IMG/VR virus record: IMGVR_UViG_3300037205_000035
Coordinates: 1 to 63,395 of that record
Length of the DNA: 63,395 nt
Source: a virus
Lineage: Duplodnaviria > Caudoviricetes
Reading direction: 5' to 3' (one strand)
Below the pieces are notes generated by a model. The model was not told where the DNA came from, ran no database searches, and saw nothing but the letters and a program-made list of their open reading frames with translations. The translations under genes were made by a program, and so were the position numbers. Shown in pieces: positions 50,934-61,184 of the stretch (positions within the stretch are counted from its first letter, which is position 1; each line of letters starts with the position of its first letter).

Positions 50934-51592
50934 TGGCAAATAATGTATCCCCAGCCCCAATCCAAGTAGCTAATCAGCCATTAGATTCTGGGGGGAACTT
51001 TAATGCTGTTTGGCAGAGGTGGTTTAACTCGGTTGGATTGTTCATCAATACTCTGTACACTGTACTGCTTCAGACTAATGGAGTTAGCAACAAAGTTCAG
51101 AATGTGTTGAATTTGATTGCTGATCCTAACGGGACAGTTATCTTGACTCCTGATAGTAATGGGGGTGTAACGATTACAGCTACGGGTGGAAGTGTTGGAC
51201 CCCCCGGACCCCCCGGAATATCAGTGCGTGGGCTTGGCTTCCCTATCGGCCAGCCCGGTAGTGGGGTTTCGCTGACAACATCGAATACGAGCGGTGTGCT
51301 CGTGGTTCCGTTTGCCTGCACGATTCAGGGATGGTCACTCGCACTCGGGCCTGGTGATTCCGGGACATGCACGGTGAAGTTCTGGAAGATCGCGGCTGGC
51401 ACGGCAATTCCAACATCGGCTAACTCGATCAATACCAGCGGCGTGTCTCTTTCAACGGGAACGGCGGTTGAGTCAGCGACCGTCAGCGATTTCACGACGC
51501 TATCTATCGCGGCGGGCGACCTCATCATCATGGCGATAACCGCTATTTCCGGCACCATCGACAACATAACTGGAATGCTGGCGGCAAAATGA
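50933..51592 (+). CDS. Tail-associated protein with short collagen-like motif
   Basis: WQRWF N-terminus; GPPGPPG. Confidence 0.55.
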   Translation: MANNVSPAPIQVANQPLDSGGNFNAVWQRWFNSVGLFINTLYTVLLQTNGVSNKVQNVLNLIADPNGTVILTPDSNGGVTITATGGSVGPPGPPGISVRGLGFPIGQPGSGVSLTTSNTSGVLVVPFACTIQGWSLALGPGDSGTCTVKFWKIAAGTAIPTSANSINTSGVSLSTGTAVESATVSDFTTLSIAAGDLIIMAITAISGTIDNITGMLAAK

Positions 51593-51620
51593 CAGTACTG
51601 CGCGGGAGCCCGTACAACAG

Positions 51621-52748
51621 ATGAGTTTTCCCGTTATCTTTAGTTGCTTAACGGCGACTTCAACGCCAGTTTTTGAAGTTTTCAATGCCCCTCTCAGCAC
51701 GTCCCCCGTATCTCCCACGTCGCAGTGGAGTCAGACCGTAGATGGTACGTTCCAGCCATTCTCCGGTGCCTATAATAGCGCGGGGGTGGCGTTCTTTCTT
51801 TCTACCGACCTGTTCAGCCTGAATCCGGCCACCGGATCGCAATCCGTGGTTATTTCGGCTCCGGCCTTTGGCCTGGGAAGCAATTCCGGCGGCTGTCTCG
51901 CAATAGATTCGGCAGGTAATTTCTATGGGCCGGATTTAACCAATACAAGCATCATCTACTACACATCTGGAGGGGCTGGCCCTACAACACTGGCTACGGT
52001 TACCACTGGCCAGATAGAAACGCTGGCGATCAATTATGCCGGAAATTTGATTGTTGTCGCATCCGACAGCATAGGCGTCCGCTCGCTAATCCAGGTAACA
52101 TTGCCAAGCGGAGTTGTTACGACGCTGCATTCTCCGATTTTCACCGGAGTTTCCGGTTATACCTTCTCTTCTGGTATCGCATTCGATGCTCAAGGGAATA
52201 TTTATGTCTCTTACATTGCGTTGGCGAACGTCGCGGGCGGTATAGCAAAGTACTCGAAAACCGGAGCGATTATAAACGAATCTTTCTGGACCGTTCCGCA
52301 ACCTACAGACTGGCAGGCTACCCACGTTTACACCGTTGGGACTATAATCGATCCCGCCATCTCGGTGAACGGGGTATGGCAATGCACAACGGGCGGCACC
52401 AGCGCGGGAACCCGCCCATCATGGCCGCTTCCGACACCAGGCGCGACAGTGACAGAAACCACCGGAGTCGCATGGATTTGCCTGGGGATATTCATTGGTC
52501 AGTTTGGCCCGAATGGTTTGGCCTACGATCCGGTATCGAAACTCCTGGTGACAGGCGGAAACATTGGCAACACGCCGTTAGGTGTGGTGACGGCGATCAC
52601 ACTGGCGGGCGCAACGGCAAACCAGTATGCAGGATTAACCGGAGCGCCACTGAATTACACCTGGCAAAGTCAACTTGCTTTTATCGGTCCCCTCGCGCCA
52701 GCAATTCCGAGTGGAGCTTCATGGCAGCCGGGACCGTTCATCATATGA
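51621..52748 (+). CDS. Beta-propeller-like protein with carbohydrate-binding-like insert (receptor-binding candidate)
   Basis: LAIDSAGNFY / IAFDAQGNIYVS repeats; WQATHVYTVG..WQCTTGGTS. Confidence 0.55.
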   Translation: MSFPVIFSCLTATSTPVFEVFNAPLSTSPVSPTSQWSQTVDGTFQPFSGAYNSAGVAFFLSTDLFSLNPATGSQSVVISAPAFGLGSNSGGCLAIDSAGNFYGPDLTNTSIIYYTSGGAGPTTLATVTTGQIETLAINYAGNLIVVASDSIGVRSLIQVTLPSGVVTTLHSPIFTGVSGYTFSSGIAFDAQGNIYVSYIALANVAGGIAKYSKTGAIINESFWTVPQPTDWQATHVYTVGTIIDPAISVNGVWQCTTGGTSAGTRPSWPLPTPGATVTETTGVAWICLGIFIGQFGPNGLAYDPVSKLLVTGGNIGNTPLGVVTAITLAGATANQYAGLTGAPLNYTWQSQLAFIGPLAPAIPSGASWQPGPFII

Positions 52749-53203
52749 TAAAACTAACTAACTTATTTCTACTCTTAGTCTCTGCTAGTGTCAGCACGGC
52801 ACAATCTATTGGTATCTCAATACCTGTTCATGCAATTACTCATCCTATATCTGCATATCACGACATAATTCCTGATAGGAATTTAATCATCGGTGCTATC
52901 TCTACACTTGAAATAGTCAATGCTGCTGATTATGGGACTACGTATAGAGGGGTAGTTCAGCTTGGGGGATGTGAACAGAACCCACTTTTCACACTTGCTC
53001 CTTGTGTATTTAATGCCCCGCGCTTTACTGGGGTTAAGATTGCTGTAGCGGCTGCTCCCATTGCCCAATTCCTACCTGTCTGGTTAGGTTGGCACAACTC
53101 AACCTATATCAAGTCAATGGCGATTGTTGATTTATTAGGTTCAGCACCTCTAGCTGGTGCAGTCGGTAATAATGTCTGGGTGTTGTCACATTGGAGGAAA
53201 TAG
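52745..53203 (+). CDS. Membrane protein
   Basis: Hydrophobic segments; ADYGTT..GGCEQNPLF. Confidence 0.5.
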   Translation: MIKLTNLFLLLVSASVSTAQSIGISIPVHAITHPISAYHDIIPDRNLIIGAISTLEIVNAADYGTTYRGVVQLGGCEQNPLFTLAPCVFNAPRFTGVKIAVAAAPIAQFLPVWLGWHNSTYIKSMAIVDLLGSAPLAGAVGNNVWVLSHWRK

Positions 53204-53402
53204 TTTGGGTGTAATCATTACACTGTGTAGTAATGATAGAACGTGGTATACTAGTGATACCAGAATCGAATAGGTCGGCTCTGGCGTGTGCTACAAGAAA
53301 CGGCTTGACCCAGTTAGGATACAACCCTAAATCTCTGATCCGAGATGGGGTGTTTGTGGGTCAGTACTTCTTTGGGATCTTAAGACCTGAAGGAGCATAA
53401 AA

Positions 53403-54428
53403 ATGGCCGTAATCATTACATCCTCAGTAATACCGGATAAGAAGCTAATTAGACAGGTAGAACTTAGTGACCTATCGAACTTAGTGGAGCTTGCGCGTAC
53501 TTTTTTAGCTTCATCCCAAACACTTCAAATTGAGGATTTTGATTTAGGCAAGTTCATATCTACATGGTCTGCCTTAATCACTTCGGGTATTGGGGTCATA
53601 TTCATTGTTGGAAATTTTGAGGGGGCTATTGGGGGGATTGTTAGGCAGGATATTTATGGGGATAAGTGGGTTGGTGAGGAATTATTCTGGTTTGTTAAAC
53701 CGGAGAGCAGAGGAGTTGGTATAGCCCTCTACCAGGAATTTGAACAGTGGTGTGGATTACATGGAGCATCATCTATGCAGATGGTACACATAAATGATCT
53801 TATGCCGGGGAAAGTTAGGAATTTCTATCTTAGAAGTGGCTTTAGAGAGGTAGAGACTAGGTACGCTAAATCACTTAAAACCATAGAAGTCATAGATGAC
53901 TTTTTGTTTGATCCCAAGTCGTATCAGAAAGATTGCATAATGGCGGAATTTAAGTCCTACCATTTTGCAGATGAGGACTGCACATTTCATGGTATATCTC
54001 CAGTCCCATTAGATAGCCTGATTCCTACCCAGATAATCAAGTTATTTCCATCTGCTAAGCCCACTCTATCTTTTCTAAGGAAAAGCCCTTTAGGGCAGGT
54101 AGAGCCACACTATATACACACAGACACTGATATGGGAGAGTGGAGTGCTATCCTATACCTGAACGACAACCCCCCAGATGGGGATGGTACAACCTTCTGG
54201 AAACATAAATCAGGAGTAGTTGGCAGCTTTATACCCCATGAAAGGTCTAGTGAGGGTCAAACACGTAATGGGTGGGCCGAATATGCAAATGTAAAGTCTA
54301 AATTTAATAGACTTTTGATTTTCAAATCGGAGCTTTTTCACTCCCGTTCTATTTTTGATAATTGGGGAGATGATCAGGAGTCTAGGCTTACTCAGATTAC
54401 TTTTGGGAAAGGTAAAATACTAGTATGA
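53403..54428 (+). CDS. GNAT acetyltransferase fused to a 2OG-Fe(II) oxygenase-like domain
   Basis: WFVKPESRG..FYLRSGF; VIDDFL..HTD..ILYLN..GTTF..FNRL..FHSR. Confidence 0.75.
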   Translation: MAVIITSSVIPDKKLIRQVELSDLSNLVELARTFLASSQTLQIEDFDLGKFISTWSALITSGIGVIFIVGNFEGAIGGIVRQDIYGDKWVGEELFWFVKPESRGVGIALYQEFEQWCGLHGASSMQMVHINDLMPGKVRNFYLRSGFREVETRYAKSLKTIEVIDDFLFDPKSYQKDCIMAEFKSYHFADEDCTFHGISPVPLDSLIPTQIIKLFPSAKPTLSFLRKSPLGQVEPHYIHTDTDMGEWSAILYLNDNPPDGDGTTFWKHKSGVVGSFIPHERSSEGQTRNGWAEYANVKSKFNRLLIFKSELFHSRSIFDNWGDDQESRLTQITFGKGKILV

Positions 54429-55315
54429 GTGTAGGTCTTAGTGTTGGTGCAGGTCTTGCTATAGCCGGTGCGGTAGGTGGGGTAGGCAGTATAGCTTCTT
54501 CCGTGCTTGGCTCTAATGCTGCTACGAGTGCTGCCAGTACCCAAGCTCAGGCTGCTGAACAAGCTACTCAGCTACAGGCTAATGAGTTTGCACAAACTCA
54601 AGCTAATGAGGCCCCTTGGTTGCAGGCTGGGGGTACGGCTTTGTCAGCTTTAATGCAGGGTCTACAGCCGGGAGGATCATTATCTACTCCCTACTCTGGA
54701 ACATTTACTGCCCCTGACCCTTCGCTTGCTGCTGTCTCTACTACTCCTGGGTTTCAGTTTACAAAGAATCAAGGTGAGCAGGCTATTCTTGATGCTCAAA
54801 GTGCATCTGGGGGTGCGTTTACTGGGGCTACTGCTAAGAATTTGGACGTGTTCAACAGTAATCTTGCGGATACCACTTACCAGAGTCTGTACCAACAAGA
54901 GTTCAATAATGCTTTGAGTGATTTCACCACTCAATACAATACCTACAACACAAATCAGTCTAACTTGTACAATAAGCTGGCTAGTGTAAGTAATCTTGGA
55001 CAAACGACGGCTACTCAACTTGGGCAATTAGGGCAGCAAAGTGTTGCAGGTCAGGCCAATACATTAACTAGTGGAGCAGCGGCTACTGCGGGGGGTATAA
55101 TAGGGTCAGCAAATTCTATTGCTAGTGGGATAGGTGGAGTAGCTAATGCTGCTAGTGGAGTAGCTAGTGGTATCAGCTTACAGAATCTACTTAGTGGGTT
55201 AACCCAGAGTGGGTATTCACAGTCAGTTCCGGCTTCATACGTAACCCCACAAACGTATCAACCCACAGCCCCTGCTTCATACCTAACCCCGCAGCCGTAT
55301 GAGCCACCAGCATAG
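54425..55315 (+). CDS. DNA ejection protein (P22 gp7-like)
   Basis: G/A-rich N-terminus, PWLQAG, TPGFQF. Confidence 0.7.
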   Translation: MSVGLSVGAGLAIAGAVGGVGSIASSVLGSNAATSAASTQAQAAEQATQLQANEFAQTQANEAPWLQAGGTALSALMQGLQPGGSLSTPYSGTFTAPDPSLAAVSTTPGFQFTKNQGEQAILDAQSASGGAFTGATAKNLDVFNSNLADTTYQSLYQQEFNNALSDFTTQYNTYNTNQSNLYNKLASVSNLGQTTATQLGQLGQQSVAGQANTLTSGAAATAGGIIGSANSIASGIGGVANAASGVASGISLQNLLSGLTQSGYSQSVPASYVTPQTYQPTAPASYLTPQPYEPPA

Positions 55316-55340
55316 TTGTAATGATTACATTGGATAAAAT

Positions 55341-57029
55341 ATGGCACTAGACCCAGCTATCAGCTTAGGCTTTAAGCCCCCAGTAATAAATCAGGTTAAT
55401 CCTGTAGACACTATCACGAAAGCACTTAGCTTGCGGGATATGATGCAGCAGCAGCAACTTCGTCAGGCTCAGACTGAAGATTACGCTGCTCAGGTTCAAC
55501 AGAGGCAGTCGGATTTGCAGGATCAACAAACTTTCCAGAATGGAATGCAGAATCCAGCGACTAGACTTAAAGTAGCTTCTGGGGATTTCTCTGATTTTGA
55601 GGGAAATATGCAGGAAAAGAATCTTGACCCAATAAGGGCTAGCAGGCTGTCATATATATCAGGTTTAGCTAAACAAAACACGGATGATTTGAATAATGTT
55701 AACTCCTCCCTACCTGTAGTAGCAAAAGCTATCAATGGCCTTAAAGCACTTAGAAAAGATGATGGCACACTAGATTTAAATAAGGTTAATGATGCTTTAC
55801 CCGGAACACTAGCTACACTATCCCCGGCATTAAAGGCACTTAAAGCTGACCCATCAGTAATGCCCAAGACTATTACAGATGAGTCTCAGCTAGATGATTT
55901 AGCCTCACATGTAGGAGCGGCATACGAGTTAAATAATCAGGCGCTGACTATGAAAGAGGCGAAGTCTAAGGCTGATGAAGCTGCACAGAAAGCTATACAG
56001 GCTAAGAATGATGCTACTAAGTCTGGTCTGTATAATCCGGCTGCTGGCACTAATGTTTATAACTTAGCTGATGTGGCTGGAGCTACCCCGGCTAATCCCC
56101 CCAAGCCTACACTGAGTATCCCCATTAAATCTGAGGGAGAGATACCGCTAGGAGCAGATAGGGTTGCACAGTCTAATCAAATGCTGGCTGATAGATATCA
56201 AGGGGTGCATGGCAAAAACTCAGCACTTCCCCCTGCTTACACACTGCCCGATAATGCTACTCAGAAAGACTATGATCGTGTTCATCAGGCATTACAGTCT
56301 GAGGAGCAGGCTGCACAGTCTAGGGCACAGTTTGCTCAGAGTGAAGGGATTCGCCAAGCACTACTGGCTAATGCTCAGTCATCTACTAAGGACAGAGAGG
56401 ATGCCCAAAGTAGGAAACCTGTACAAGCCACTGAACCTAGTACGGGTAAATTAGTCTTTACCAACTATGGAGATGCAGTGTCTAAGGGATACAAGGATAT
56501 CGTAGATTCGACTGGGACTGAACAAAATAAGATAAACGCTGCCCGTCAGTGGATACCCCTAGCATCTAAGATGTCTGATACTTCTGATCCAGATAAGATG
56601 GGAACTCTCCAGCTTATCCAAGAGTTGGACAAGAAAAAAGCTCTTGGACCCTTTGCTAGTAGGTTTAATGAAGTTATGACTGGTAAGGTTGGGTCTGGGG
56701 ATCTTACTAGTGACCCTGAAACTAGGGCCATGTATTCTGCTCTAAGAACCAAGCTTGAGTTAGCCAATAGCCTACTCCTTAATGTCCACGTTGGACAGAG
56801 GGGTGGAAGCTACATGATGGAGCAGTTTAAGAATCTAGCTGACTCTGGGAAGATGAGTGCCGACACCTTAAAGAATGGGGTTAAGTCGGAACTTAATTAT
56901 GCCGAAGATAGGGCTATGTCTCCATCACGCCCAGCACAGGGGCAGTACAAGGTTGGTTGGACGTATGGAGACAAGGAGTATCTAGGTGGAGATCCTAAGA
57001 GCTTAGATAGTTGGAGGCCACATTTCTAA
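55341..57029 (+). CDS. Ejection/internal virion protein
   Basis: MALDPAISLG, Q-rich; position. Confidence 0.6.
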   Translation: MALDPAISLGFKPPVINQVNPVDTITKALSLRDMMQQQQLRQAQTEDYAAQVQQRQSDLQDQQTFQNGMQNPATRLKVASGDFSDFEGNMQEKNLDPIRASRLSYISGLAKQNTDDLNNVNSSLPVVAKAINGLKALRKDDGTLDLNKVNDALPGTLATLSPALKALKADPSVMPKTITDESQLDDLASHVGAAYELNNQALTMKEAKSKADEAAQKAIQAKNDATKSGLYNPAAGTNVYNLADVAGATPANPPKPTLSIPIKSEGEIPLGADRVAQSNQMLADRYQGVHGKNSALPPAYTLPDNATQKDYDRVHQALQSEEQAAQSRAQFAQSEGIRQALLANAQSSTKDREDAQSRKPVQATEPSTGKLVFTNYGDAVSKGYKDIVDSTGTEQNKINAARQWIPLASKMSDTSDPDKMGTLQLIQELDKKKALGPFASRFNEVMTGKVGSGDLTSDPETRAMYSALRTKLELANSLLLNVHVGQRGGSYMMEQFKNLADSGKMSADTLKNGVKSELNYAEDRAMSPSRPAQGQYKVGWTYGDKEYLGGDPKSLDSWRPHF

Positions 57030-59530
57030 TGTCTTCTCCTGTATCCTCGATATTCGTACCCCCTGATCCTAGTATCGGCCAAGCCCCTAGTAACTTTGTG
57101 CCCCCAGATCCATCCCTAGGTAGACCAAAAAGTGTAATCAATACACAGGATGATCGTAATGTTACTCAGAAGATTATAGGTGGATTGCTGGAAGGTGCTA
57201 CTTCCACTATTCCGGCTGCTGCTACATCTATTATTCACCCGTATGATGCTCTAACCAACCTAATACAGTCTCATAAGGACACATACAGTAAAGCTGTTGA
57301 TTCATTCAAGTCTGGGGATATATCGGGTGGTCTTCAGCATTTGGCCAGTAGTGGTATACCCTTAATTGGCCCTATGGCTGATGATCTTGTTGATTATGCC
57401 ACTAGTGAGAAGGCAGACCCGGAAGAAGCTGCTAGGAAATTAGGAAGTGTACTAGTAGCGTTGGGGGCACCTAAAGCCATTAAAGAATCTCCAGCCCTAC
57501 TTAAATCTACAGCAGGTAGGATCTGGCCGGATTTACTAAAGGCAGATGTTTCTAAAGATTTAATTAACTCATATTCTCCTACTGATCCCCGATTCAACGA
57601 GAGGGCACCGGGAGCGGCTGCGGATATCAAGAAGTATGCAATAGATGGGAACGGTAAACCTGTAACTATTACAGGTAACGAGCATCTAGCCTCTACTTCT
57701 CCATCTCAGGTGGTAACCCCAGCACTGCAAGCTAATCGGGCGGCTATGGACGCATGGCATCAGCCAGTTCAGCAGGCTGGTATTACTGCATCCCCTAGTA
57801 ACATACTTAAGGCTACTCAGGATAGTCTTAAGTCTATGGCTGACCCTACTACTAGGCAAGCATTACTGGATGAAGCTAGGGGGGAGATCAACCAGCAGCC
57901 ATTAACTGCGGATAGACTAAAAGAGCTTATCGAAGAAAAGAATGGGGAGTTGAAGGGATTCTATTCTAAAGATCCAGCTATTCAAGCTGCTGCAAAACAG
58001 GCGGGGGCTGTTAGTGGCAAGTCACAGGCTTTACTTGAAGCTCAAGCTCAAGCTTTACGTGATGAATACTATAATATGTTGGACCCTCAGAATGGTGGGG
58101 CAGGCCCTCGTGAGATTCAGAGACGGTATGGGGCTATTAAGATGCTTCAGGACGAAGCCAGTGCAGGAGCTACCCGTAATAAGATACTTGGTGAGACTGG
58201 TGGATCTGCGGCATCCAAGTTTACTCAAGCTGGATTGAATACTCTTGATTTAGTCGGAGCGCCTTTTAGAGAAGGTGGGCTGTCTGAGGGCCTTAATAGG
58301 ATACTTGAGCCATTTAGGGGTGAGACTGATCCACTAATTAAGCGTGCTTTTGCTAATGCCCCCGATTCCACACCTTTGCCTCAAGCACCATCTATTCAGC
58401 AGAGGTATCCTCAGTCATTTGGATCTAGGCAAATCACTGCTGGAACTACACCCCCTGTCAATGTTCAGCCATCTAGTGGGCGTGTAATCATTACGCCTCA
58501 ATCTTCACAGGAAGCTATTGCTCAAGGTATTGCTAGAGCAGCAGATACTACGCCGGGGGTTAACGATGTAGGTGGCGGATATCGTACACTAGGGCCTGCT
58601 AGGACTATATTTCAGGGGACTGAAGTTCCACCCACTAAACCGATCACTGTGCGGCTTGCAGATGGTTCAATAGTGCCGGGAGTTCCACTTGAGGATAGGG
58701 GATTACCGACTGATCCAAGTAGGACTGTTCCACCAGTCCAGCAAACTAGTGGGGCATCAGCTACCCCCTCACCGCAACCTTTTAGGGTTGGATTTCCACC
58801 TGAAGCACCAAAGCAGCTTCTGCCTAGAGATCCTAATAATCCTGCCCCTAATTCTGCCCCGATATTTAAAAAAGATAGTGGAATACCCTTTGATAAGGTT
58901 CGTGTTACGGATAAAACAGACGCACTGCCTGATTCTGGAGGTGGGATAGGCCCAGGTTTTGGGGTATACCGAGTCCCGCTATCTGAGATTATAAGTAGAG
59001 AGGATATTACTGGGGATAAACTTAAAGCCGCTGATATTCAAGACTACGCTAACCGAATGAAAGCCGGGGATGAACCCCCAGCAGCATTTGGGCATTACGA
59101 TCCGACCACAGGCAAAGTTACTATTACAAGCGGGTCACGTAGGTTTGCAGCGGCTAATGTAGCAGGTAAAGAGGATCTACCTGTAGCCATCTCATCTGAT
59201 TACTCTCCTGAGTCTGGTCCCCCCACAGAATTTCAACAGGGTAAGATGAGGAATGAGAAAGGTCAAGTTTTGGGCGGTAAAACTACTCGTGAAGTAGTCC
59301 AGAAAGGGCAACCTGTAATCACTACACAAAATATTGAACCAGCTAATCCCACTGCTCCAGCCTATGTTTCACCTAGAATGCGGGCATTGATGGATGAAGA
59401 AGCTAACCGTCAGTATGGTGTGAAGTACTCAGATTTGAGAGATGGGTCTACACAGAAAGCTTTTGTTGACTCTCAGATCAGCAAGAATCTTATGAGGCTG
59501 AATAGTCTTATGCAAGGGAAGGTACAGTAA
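57029..59530 (+). CDS. Large ejection protein with C-terminal ParB/Srx-like domain
   Basis: RVPLSEI..DYANRMKAGDEPP..ITSGSRRFAAA..GKEDLPV. Confidence 0.6.
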   Translation: MSSPVSSIFVPPDPSIGQAPSNFVPPDPSLGRPKSVINTQDDRNVTQKIIGGLLEGATSTIPAAATSIIHPYDALTNLIQSHKDTYSKAVDSFKSGDISGGLQHLASSGIPLIGPMADDLVDYATSEKADPEEAARKLGSVLVALGAPKAIKESPALLKSTAGRIWPDLLKADVSKDLINSYSPTDPRFNERAPGAAADIKKYAIDGNGKPVTITGNEHLASTSPSQVVTPALQANRAAMDAWHQPVQQAGITASPSNILKATQDSLKSMADPTTRQALLDEARGEINQQPLTADRLKELIEEKNGELKGFYSKDPAIQAAAKQAGAVSGKSQALLEAQAQALRDEYYNMLDPQNGGAGPREIQRRYGAIKMLQDEASAGATRNKILGETGGSAASKFTQAGLNTLDLVGAPFREGGLSEGLNRILEPFRGETDPLIKRAFANAPDSTPLPQAPSIQQRYPQSFGSRQITAGTTPPVNVQPSSGRVIITPQSSQEAIAQGIARAADTTPGVNDVGGGYRTLGPARTIFQGTEVPPTKPITVRLADGSIVPGVPLEDRGLPTDPSRTVPPVQQTSGASATPSPQPFRVGFPPEAPKQLLPRDPNNPAPNSAPIFKKDSGIPFDKVRVTDKTDALPDSGGGIGPGFGVYRVPLSEIISREDITGDKLKAADIQDYANRMKAGDEPPAAFGHYDPTTGKVTITSGSRRFAAANVAGKEDLPVAISSDYSPESGPPTEFQQGKMRNEKGQVLGGKTTREVVQKGQPVITTQNIEPANPTAPAYVSPRMRALMDEEANRQYGVKYSDLRDGSTQKAFVDSQISKNLMRLNSLMQGKVQ

Positions 59531-60021
59531 TGAAGGCAGCAGCCACAGTAGCCAAAGACTTTAAGACGGCGATTGATATTGAGGCAACCCTACACAACAA
59601 GTACCAACTGTCCAAAAGACAGTTCAAGTACTGGGGATTGAATGGCCCAGCCTGTCACCTTGGTAAGTTCCAACACTCCTGTCATGATTTTGTTAATATG
59701 ATAACTCGTCGTGCTCTGTTTTTGCAGGTTGAGGACTTATCCTACCAGCCAGACAAGATTGGTATGGACGTGGGGGTTAAAGCGGTTCTTGCTACTCTAC
59801 TTGATCTTGAGGTAAAAGCATCTGAGTTTTACGAGACTGCTGTAGCCAATGCTTTCAAGGCCAATGATACCCCGTCGATGAAGCTGTTCTCTCATTTATG
59901 TAAGTGGCATCAGGCTGATTACAAGACAGGTAAGGGGGATGGACACTTGGATTGGCTTGAGAAGCAGATTGACCAAATTAACCGAGTGGGAGAAAAAGAG
60001 TACATAACAGCCCATATCTAA
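59530..60021 (+). CDS. Bacterioferritin-like protein with degenerate ferroxidase centre
   Basis: E18, Y25, WGL35-37, E94 and HLDWLEKQI..I..VG...Y colinear with Bfr. Confidence 0.75.
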   Translation: MKAAATVAKDFKTAIDIEATLHNKYQLSKRQFKYWGLNGPACHLGKFQHSCHDFVNMITRRALFLQVEDLSYQPDKIGMDVGVKAVLATLLDLEVKASEFYETAVANAFKANDTPSMKLFSHLCKWHQADYKTGKGDGHLDWLEKQIDQINRVGEKEYITAHI

Positions 60022-60069
60022 ATCTGATATAATGATGTATAGCCTCACTGTCGGGAGATAGAGAGAGAG

Positions 60070-61176
60070 ATGATAAAACGACTAGGTGTAATCATTACGG
60101 TGGTGGTATGGGGGATGTTGGCTCAATCCCCTATTCCACAAACGCCATTTCAAGCAATAGATACTCGTAGTGGCACAGCTATACCCTGTGTAGGATGTCA
60201 GCTATTTACTTATGTTGCGGGTACTACAACTTCTCTTGCAACATATACGGACGCTACTCTTGGGACAGAAAATACAAACCCAGTACTAACTAATTCTGCT
60301 GGTTACTCTGTCAGTGGGTCTACTATTGTGGGGGTATTCGTTGGCCTTAACACCTGCTATAAACTTGTCCTTGAAGACTCCAGTAATGTTGTTATTTGGA
60401 CTCAGGACGGCATCTGCTATCTCCCATCTACAGCTTCCCCGTCTTTTACTAACCTTACTGTTAGTGGGACTCTCACAGCTAATGGCACTGTTACTGGAAC
60501 TCACTTACAGAGTGTGGGCACTATGGATAGCCCAACTTTTGTATCAGTTTCTGTATCTGGATCAATTCTACCTACTACTGCGGCTGGGGCAGCGGTTGGT
60601 TCCCTAGCTAAACCATTTTCGTCAATCTACATAGGACCGTCAGCGAGTACTGGGGAGCTATTATCCGCCCCTAACCTAACTACTAATCGTCAGGTTAATT
60701 TTGCTGACCAAGGGGCATCGGGCGCTGTAGCTTTTGGGGATCAGAGTGATGCCACTAAGGTAGCTATAATTAGCACTAGTTCGGCAACTACAGGAACTAA
60801 TACAACACTAGCAATTAATTCTACATCTGGTAGGCTGATATCTTTTCCAGATGCTTCCTTTACGGTATCCGGGGCTAAAGCTACAGAGTGTGGAACAGCA
60901 GCGGGAGCTTGTGCTGGCACTAATATTGGAACTACTGTCAAGATCATCCGAGGGACTGCAACGGCTACCAGTGGAACACCCTCAACAGTATCAATAACTG
61001 GGATTACACCTGTGTTTACGGCTACTACAACAGTTAGCTGCTTTGCTGAAGACGTTACGAACGTAGCCAATGTGTTTCAGGTTTTGACAGGGGGCTATAT
61101 CAGCACTTCCGCCGTAACATTTACTGGACCGGCCTCTGTTACTGACGTAATTAGATGGACTTGCATAGGATATTAA
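60070..61176 (+). CDS. Tail fibre/tailspike-like protein (head-binding-like N-domain)
   Basis: LFTYVAGTTT..TYTD..NTNPV..YKLVLED..WTQD. Confidence 0.7.
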   Translation: MIKRLGVIITVVVWGMLAQSPIPQTPFQAIDTRSGTAIPCVGCQLFTYVAGTTTSLATYTDATLGTENTNPVLTNSAGYSVSGSTIVGVFVGLNTCYKLVLEDSSNVVIWTQDGICYLPSTASPSFTNLTVSGTLTANGTVTGTHLQSVGTMDSPTFVSVSVSGSILPTTAAGAAVGSLAKPFSSIYIGPSASTGELLSAPNLTTNRQVNFADQGASGAVAFGDQSDATKVAIISTSSATTGTNTTLAINSTSGRLISFPDASFTVSGAKATECGTAAGACAGTNIGTTVKIIRGTATATSGTPSTVSITGITPVFTATTTVSCFAEDVTNVANVFQVLTGGYISTSAVTFTGPASVTDVIRWTCIGY

Positions 61177-61184
61177 GGAGAAAG

